From Candidatus Methanomethylophilaceae archaeon (lineage in GTDB: Archaea > Thermoplasmatota > Thermoplasmata > Methanomassiliicoccales > Methanomethylophilaceae): a DNA stretch of 64,000 bases. Where the stretch lies: positions 64,001 to 128,000 of the forward strand of contig CALUHR010000009.1 in assembly GCA_944320495.1 (NCBI GenBank). Direction: 5' to 3'. The notes beneath the pieces are model-generated. The model saw only the letters and a list, made by a program, of their open reading frames with translations, was not told where the DNA came from and did no database searches. Of this stretch, positions 58,593 to 64,000 are shown in pieces. Position 1 is the first letter of the stretch. Every line of letters starts with the position of its first letter. Position numbers and translations under genes: made by a program.

Positions 58593-59309
58593 ATGGCTGG
58601 AAAGCTTTACGGAATCGGCGTCGGACCCGGGGATCCCGGTCTCCTGACGCTCAGGGCCAAGGAGATCCTTGACGGATGCGGGATCATCGCGTATCCCGTT
58701 CGCAAACTCGGGGAGGGTAGCACGGCCTTCGACATCATCAAACAGGTCGTGGACGTCTCCGAGAAGAGCGTCGAGGAGTTCCTCTTCGACATGAACCCCG
58801 ACGATTCCGTCCGCGAGAGATGCCGCGAGGAGGCCATGGAGAAGATGTGCATGCTCCTGGACAACGGGGAGGACATAGCCATGGTCACCCTCGGGGACGC
58901 GGGCGTGTACAGCACCTACATGTACATCGACGCCGAGATCAGGTCCCGCGGATACGAGACCGAGGTCATCCCAGGGATCCCGTCCTTCTGTCACGGTGCC
59001 GCCCTGGCCGGCGTTCCGCTCATGATAGGGAACGAGGGCCTCGCCGTCGTGCCCGTCGCCAAGGAGAACACCGCTCTTCTGAGGGACGCCCTCCGGAACT
59101 TCGACAACGTCGTGGTCATGAAGGCGTTCAAGTCCATGCCCCTCATAGCCGAGACCATGGACGAGTTCGGCATCCCCCGCGAGGGTGCCACCGTTGTGAG
59201 CAACGTCGGGATGGAGGGCGAGTACATCGGCCCCATGGACGACGACCGCAAGTACGGCTACTTCACGACGGTCATCATCAAGAAGAACAAGGGAGGCAGA
59301 GAGATATGA
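58593..59309 (+). CDS. cbiL: Precorrin-2 C20-methyltransferase
   Basis: LYGIGVGPGDPGLLT, TLGDAGVYSTY, IPGIPSF. Confidence 0.92.
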   Translation: MAGKLYGIGVGPGDPGLLTLRAKEILDGCGIIAYPVRKLGEGSTAFDIIKQVVDVSEKSVEEFLFDMNPDDSVRERCREEAMEKMCMLLDNGEDIAMVTLGDAGVYSTYMYIDAEIRSRGYETEVIPGIPSFCHGAALAGVPLMIGNEGLAVVPVAKENTALLRDALRNFDNVVVMKAFKSMPLIAETMDEFGIPREGATVVSNVGMEGEYIGPMDDDRKYGYFTTVIIKKNKGGREI

Positions 59310-60061
59310 TCTCGTTCATCGGAGCCGGACCCGGGGACCCGGAGCTCATCACAATAAAGGGAAAGAGGCTTATCGAGCAGGCAGACGTAATCATCTACGC
59401 CGGATCGCTGGTCAACCCGGACGTTCTGGAGGGCCACAAGGCCGGCGCGGAGATCTACAACAGCGCCCTGATGGACCTCGACGAGGTCATCGCCGTCATG
59501 GAGAAGGCCGAGAGGGAGGGCAGGAAGGTCGTGCGCGTGCACACCGGGGACCCCGCCATCTACGGCGCCCACAGGGAGCAGATGGACAGGCTCGACGAGC
59601 TCGGGATAACCTACGAGGTCATCCCCGGCGTGTCCTCCGCCTTCGCCACCGCGGCCGCCCTAAACGCGGAGTACACGCTCCCCGGGAGGAGCCAGACCGT
59701 CATATTCACCAGGATGGAGGGGAGGACCCCCATGCCGGAGCGCGAGAAGCTCCCGGACCTGGCGAGACACCACGCCACCATGGTCATCTTCCTGTCCATC
59801 GGATTCATGGACGAGATGGCCAGACAGCTCCAGGAAGGCGGATACGAGCCCACCACGCCCGTCGCCGTGGTCTACAAGGCGTCCTGGCCGGACCAGAGGA
59901 TCGTCCGCGGGACCCTGCAGGACATCGCCCAGAAGGTCAAGGATGCGGGCATCACGAAGACCGCCCTGACGGTCGTCGGCGAGTTCCTCTGCGAGGACCA
60001 CGAGCTCTCCAAGCTCTACGACAAGCACTTCACAACCGAGTTCCGCAAGGCGAAGGAGTGA
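59306..60061 (+). CDS. cbiF: Precorrin-4 C11-methyltransferase
   Basis: IGAGPGDPELIT, RVHTGDPAIYGA, SQTVIFTR, YKASWPDQ, SKLYD. Confidence 0.95.
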   Translation: MISFIGAGPGDPELITIKGKRLIEQADVIIYAGSLVNPDVLEGHKAGAEIYNSALMDLDEVIAVMEKAEREGRKVVRVHTGDPAIYGAHREQMDRLDELGITYEVIPGVSSAFATAAALNAEYTLPGRSQTVIFTRMEGRTPMPEREKLPDLARHHATMVIFLSIGFMDEMARQLQEGGYEPTTPVAVVYKASWPDQRIVRGTLQDIAQKVKDAGITKTALTVVGEFLCEDHELSKLYDKHFTTEFRKAKE

Positions 60062-60066
60062 TCCGG

Positions 60067-60816
60067 ATGGCGAAGGGAAGGCTACACGTGGTCGGGTTCG
60101 GACCCGGCGGGAAGGACGACATGACGTTCCGCGCCGCGCGTGTCATAGAGAACGCCGACGTGGTCACCGGATACACGACGTACATCAATCTCCTGAGGCC
60201 GATCTTCCCGGACAAGGTCTACAAGGCCACCGGGATGATGAAGGAGGTCGAGCGCTGCAGGATGGCCATAGAGGACGCCGTGTCCGGGAAGGACGTGGCG
60301 ATGGTATCATCCGGAGACTCCGGCATCTACGGCATGGCGGGGATCATCTATCAGCTGGCGGACGAGATGGGCGCCGACATCGAGATCGACACCGTCCCCG
60401 GCATCACCGCCGCATCGTCTGCCGCATCCATCCTGGGCGCACCGCTGATGCACGATCTGGTCATCGTCAGCCTGTCGGACCTGATGACGCCCCTGGACCT
60501 GATCATGGACAGGGTCGGGAAGGCGGCCGAGGGCGACTTCATCACATGCATCTACAATCCCAAGAGCAAGACCAGGACCGAGTACCTGGGCATGGCGAGG
60601 GACATCCTTCTGAAGCACCGCTCGCCGGAGACCCCGGTCGGCATCGTCAGGAACGCCGGCAGGGAGGACCAATCGAGCAAGGTCACCACCCTGGGCGGTC
60701 TCGACCCCGCGGACGTGGACATGTTCTGCATCGTGATCGTCGGGAACTCGCAGACGTACGTGTCCAACGGCCGCATGATCACACCCAGGGGCTACAGGAT
60801 CCAGGGAGGCGAGCGA
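60067..60816 (+). CDS. cbiH: Precorrin-3B C17-methyltransferase
   Basis: VVGFGPG, VSSGDSGIYGMAG, PGITAA, APLMHD, SLSDL, YNPKS, ITPRGY; CGA 60814-60816; standard-code stop 60999. Confidence 0.95.
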
Positions 60817-60817
60817 T

Positions 60818-61459
60818 TTGACCATCGAGATAGTGAGACCCGAGGACATCGAGAAGCGCAGCATGGAGATCATAACATCGGAGCTCAACGGCCGCACCTG
60901 GCCGGAGCCCCAGTTCTCCATCGTGAAGAGGTGCATCCACACCTCCGCCGACTTCGACTACGCGGACAACCTGGTGTTCTCCGACGGGGCGGCGGATAAG
61001 GGCGTCGCCGCCATCCGCGCCGGTGCGGACATCGTCACGGACACCAAGATGGCCGCCGCGGGCATCAACAAGAGGAAACTCGGGGCCTACGGGGGGAGCG
61101 TCCACTGCTACATCAGCGACGAGGACGTCATGGCTGAGGCCAAGGGCCGCGGATGCACCCGCGCGACCATCTGCATGGAGCGCGGCGCGGACGTCGGCAT
61201 GGAGAGGCCCGTCATCTTCGCGATAGGCAACGCGCCTACCGCGCTGGTGAGGCTCTGCGAGCTGGTGGAGGAGGGCAGGGTGAAACCTGCTCTCGTCATC
61301 GGTGCGCCCGTCGGATTCGTCAACGTCGTCGAGTCCAAGGAGATGACCATGGAGACCATGGAGAGGCACGGCATCCCGTACATCGTCCCCAAGGGCAGGA
61401 AGGGCGGCTCCAACATCGCGGCCACCATATGCAACTCGATGATCTACTTCAAGGGTTGA
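60818..61459 (+). CDS. cbiC: Precorrin-8X methylmutase
   Basis: IEKRSM, RCIHTSADF, AIGNAPTAL, IGAPVGFVNV, GRKGGSNIAA; TTG start with GGAGG upstream. Confidence 0.95.
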   Translation: MTIEIVRPEDIEKRSMEIITSELNGRTWPEPQFSIVKRCIHTSADFDYADNLVFSDGAADKGVAAIRAGADIVTDTKMAAAGINKRKLGAYGGSVHCYISDEDVMAEAKGRGCTRATICMERGADVGMERPVIFAIGNAPTALVRLCELVEEGRVKPALVIGAPVGFVNVVESKEMTMETMERHGIPYIVPKGRKGGSNIAATICNSMIYFKG

Positions 61460-61512
61460 AGATCGAAGGAAACCCATTACGGCGCTCCGGCGCCGGTTTC
61501 TCCAATCAGAGA

Positions 61513-62529
61513 TCAGGGCGCATCCGATGGCCGGGACTCCGTCCCGTCGGCATAGCGTATGAACCTCCCGGTTCCCAGAGGCTGGGCCTTGTCGATGATG
61601 TCCCAGGGCCATTCGAGGAACTCGTTCCTGCGGATCTCGTCGAGCGCCCTGCGGACGTCCTTCAGGTCCCCCAGGTAGACCGGGCCGTACGAAGCCATCT
61701 TCTGGCCGATCGGCCTCCCCTCAAGGAGCCAGAACACGGATTCGGTGTCCCCGTTCTCTATGGTGAATCCGCCGAGGTCCGAGAACTTCATCCTCGTGTA
61801 GAAGTCGACTTCGGTGTCGCAGACCTTCGCCTTGTCCCCCGACACGAAGTAGAGGTTCCTTCTCGCCCCGTCGGCGGCGGGGTCCACATCCATGCGGGCC
61901 CCGGGATCCATCCTGATGCGGAGGATCCTCACTCCGTTGGCGATCCGGGCGTATGATGTGGAGCTGGGGGATTCCGCCTCCCTGCCTCCGAACCTCCCGC
62001 AGACGACCTTGACGTCCCATCCGTCCTCCGAGATGACGGGGACGTCCCCGCTCCATACGGTGCTGACCGAATTGGGACTGTTCTTCATCTCCAGCGGCAG
62101 GTTCACCATGATCTGGGTGATGTCATTGGGGTTTCTGTCCTCCTGATTGACCAGAGGGTACATCTCGCAGTGCTCGTACTTCGACGACGCGGAAACCCAT
62201 TGCACGTCCCCGAAGCCGAATCTCCCTTGGATCCCCTCGGTGTCGAAGTGGTCCACGTAGCCCTTCTCTGCGAGGGTGACGGTCTCGTAGCCCCAGTGGG
62301 CGTGCATCGGGAACCCGGGCACGACCTTCCCGTGGTACATCCTGAACCCGAGGCGCTGAGTGTAGTCCCTGCCGAGGTTCCTTCCCGAGATCTCGTTCAG
62401 AGGGGGAGCCTGCTGGCGGTTCCCATGAGGGTAGTCGTCCTCGTGATGGGATGCGAAGATGAAAGGGTCCTCGGTGTCCCAGTGCATCCCGAGCCCCGAT
62501 GTCTTGAACGGCTTCCTCCCGGAGAACAT
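61513..62529 (-). CDS. Pirin-family cupin
   Basis: DPFIFASHH, GFPMHAHWGYETVT, HCEMYP. Confidence 0.88.
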   Translation of the reverse strand: MFSGRKPFKTSGLGMHWDTEDPFIFASHHEDDYPHGNRQQAPPLNEISGRNLGRDYTQRLGFRMYHGKVVPGFPMHAHWGYETVTLAEKGYVDHFDTEGIQGRFGFGDVQWVSASSKYEHCEMYPLVNQEDRNPNDITQIMVNLPLEMKNSPNSVSTVWSGDVPVISEDGWDVKVVCGRFGGREAESPSSTSYARIANGVRILRIRMDPGARMDVDPAADGARRNLYFVSGDKAKVCDTEVDFYTRMKFSDLGGFTIENGDTESVFWLLEGRPIGQKMASYGPVYLGDLKDVRRALDEIRRNEFLEWPWDIIDKAQPLGTGRFIRYADGTESRPSDAP

Positions 62530-62609
62530 GGAATCGCCATGCGCGTCGACGATTTAAACCGACCTGCGGGCGTCCCCGATATATACGTAGGGTGCCATGA
62601 GGAACGTCC

Positions 62610-63317
62610 ATGGACGGCACCCGTCTCAACAAGTACATCAGCGAGGCCGGCGTGGCCTCCCGCCGTGCGGCGGACAGGATGATAGAGGAGGGGAGGGTGA
62701 CCATCAACGGGCGCGTGGCCGTCGTCGGGGACAGGGTCTCCGAAGGGGACGTTGTTCGCGTGGACGGCAGAGAGGTCTCCGCCAAGGGCGGCGATGTCAT
62801 CATCGCGCTGAACAAGCCCCGTGGGATAACGTGCACGTCCAGCCCCGACGATCCGGACAACGTCATCGACTTCATCGGGTATCCAGAGAGGATATACTCG
62901 ATCGGACGTTTGGACAAGGATTCGGAGGGACTCCTCCTTCTGACCAACAACGGAGAGCTCGCCAACGCGATAATGAGGTCCCGCGGCGAGCACGAGAAGG
63001 AGTATCTGGTCACGGTGGACCACGACATCACGGACGCCTTCATCAAGAGGATGTCGTCCGGGGTCGAGATCCTCGGAAGGGTGACCAAGAGGTGCGAGGT
63101 CGAGAGGGTCTCAGACAGGGAGTTCCGCATCGTCCTGAGGCAGGGTCTCAACAGACAGATCCGCAGGATGTGCGGCACCCTGGGATACACTGTCCTGACG
63201 CTCAGGCGCGTCCGCATCATGAACGTCCGGCTGGGAGACCTGCCAGTCGGCAAGTACAGGGACCTGACGGATGAGGAGAGGGATGAGCTATGCAGGCAGG
63301 CGCTGGGTTCGAAGTGA
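62610..63317 (+). CDS. rRNA pseudouridine synthase (RsuA/RluF family) with S4 domain
   Basis: RLNKYISEAGVASRR, LNKPRG, IGRLDKDSEGLLLLTN, GLNRQIRRM. Confidence 0.92.
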   Translation: MDGTRLNKYISEAGVASRRAADRMIEEGRVTINGRVAVVGDRVSEGDVVRVDGREVSAKGGDVIIALNKPRGITCTSSPDDPDNVIDFIGYPERIYSIGRLDKDSEGLLLLTNNGELANAIMRSRGEHEKEYLVTVDHDITDAFIKRMSSGVEILGRVTKRCEVERVSDREFRIVLRQGLNRQIRRMCGTLGYTVLTLRRVRIMNVRLGDLPVGKYRDLTDEERDELCRQALGSK

Positions 63318-63874
63318 GGGAGATAACGATCGAGGACATACCGTTCCTCACGCCGATAGGCAAGGGTCAGCTCGGGGTGGACTACATCTCCGACGAGGAC
63401 TTCGAGAAGGCCATCTCCGATCCGGGGCAGTTCTGTCTCATCCCCGTCGTGGACGGCGTCCCCTCTGGATTCGCCATATGCAAGGAGTTCGGCCCCGAGT
63501 CCGAGCCCGAGGCGCTGGCGCTCCCAGATTCTGGATACAGGGACTGGGTCAGGTCCAGGAGCAGGATCGGCCTGGTGGACTCCGTCGCCCTGTCCCCGTC
63601 GGTCGGCGGAAGGGGGATCGGCAAGGCCCTCTGCGAGGCCTGTCTGGAGAGGTTCTCCGAGGACGGGTGCGATTCCGCGGTGTCGATGGCGTGGGTCCAT
63701 GAGGACGGCGTCGAGCCCATCAGGAAGGCGCTCACGCAGTCCGGTTTCGAGAGGACCGACCTCGTCATACGCGGCTACTGGAACTCCTGGGTCGACACCG
63801 AGGGGGGACACATGTGCCCCTACTGCGGCTCGCCGTGCAGGTGCTCCGGAGCCCTGTGGCGGAGATCGCTCTGA
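63314..63874 (+). CDS. GNAT-family N-acetyltransferase with C-terminal Cys cluster
   Basis: VALSPSVGGRGIGKAL (acetyl-CoA motif A); CPYCGSPCRC; GTGA overlap with the upstream gene. Confidence 0.82.
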   Translation: MREITIEDIPFLTPIGKGQLGVDYISDEDFEKAISDPGQFCLIPVVDGVPSGFAICKEFGPESEPEALALPDSGYRDWVRSRSRIGLVDSVALSPSVGGRGIGKALCEACLERFSEDGCDSAVSMAWVHEDGVEPIRKALTQSGFERTDLVIRGYWNSWVDTEGGHMCPYCGSPCRCSGALWRRSL

Positions 63875-64000
63875 CACCCTGGCCGACAGCCATGCGCCGA
63901 TGTCGGCATAGACCTCGTCGCGGTTGGTCTCGTTCATCAGCTCGTGCCTCGCACCATCGTAGAGCTTCATCTCGGGGTGCAGGCCCGCCTTCTCCAGGAG
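63866..64000 (-). CDS. Alpha/beta hydrolase (lysophospholipase-like), C-terminal part; 5' end outside window
   Basis: KLYDGARHELMNETNRDEVYADIGAWL; CGA 63868-63866. The standard code would add about 580 residues, to 62123. Confidence 0.85.

Noticed and set aside
1-64000. In-frame TAG (pyrrolysine-containing) genes
   Set aside because: I looked for recognisable genes broken by TAG and found none in this window; no mtmB/mtbB/mttB present.
1-64000. CRISPR array, rRNA, IS element, integrase; the many long Arg/Gly-rich ORFs in the track
   Set aside because: No spaced direct repeats, rRNA signatures or transposase/integrase motifs seen; the long ORFs are antisense or off-frame shadows typical of high-GC DNA.

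Overview
High-GC archaeal chromosome segment, most likely a Methanomassiliicoccales (Methanomethylophilaceae-like) methanogen, judged from the delta-N PylRS and M. alvus-like tRNA-Pyl. It carries a pyrrolysine cluster (pylT-pylS-pylC-pylD-ramA, no pylB), scattered thiamine genes (thiD-ThiN fusion, thiE, thiM), pth2, tgtA, fprA, a tetrapyrrole operon (sirC-hemA-hemB-hemL-hemC-cobA-hemD), metY, sstT, an accessory island at about 35.1-47.6 kb (divergent TBP, SEL1 protein, LPD1/metallopeptidase-like protein, YbjN, VirD4, GrpE, Hsp70-like, transglutaminase), a heterodimeric ABC exporter, a decayed HTH/nucleotidyltransferase pair and divergent cobalamin operons. Main result: by manual reading, the arginine codon CGA behaves as a stop codon here. 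Of about 63 genes, 15 have an in-frame CGA at or near the expected protein end (two CGATG stop-start overlaps, one TCGA palindrome ending two convergent genes, one domain-boundary split). In the genes I read codon by codon I found no CGA inside a domain. No gene ends in TAG, the codon read by tRNA-Pyl. Inferred code: stops TGA/TAA/CGA, TAG = Pyl. This rests on hand counts in one window and needs genome-wide and proteomic confirmation. CDS coordinates use the CGA end where one is inferred, with the standard-code end in the evidence.
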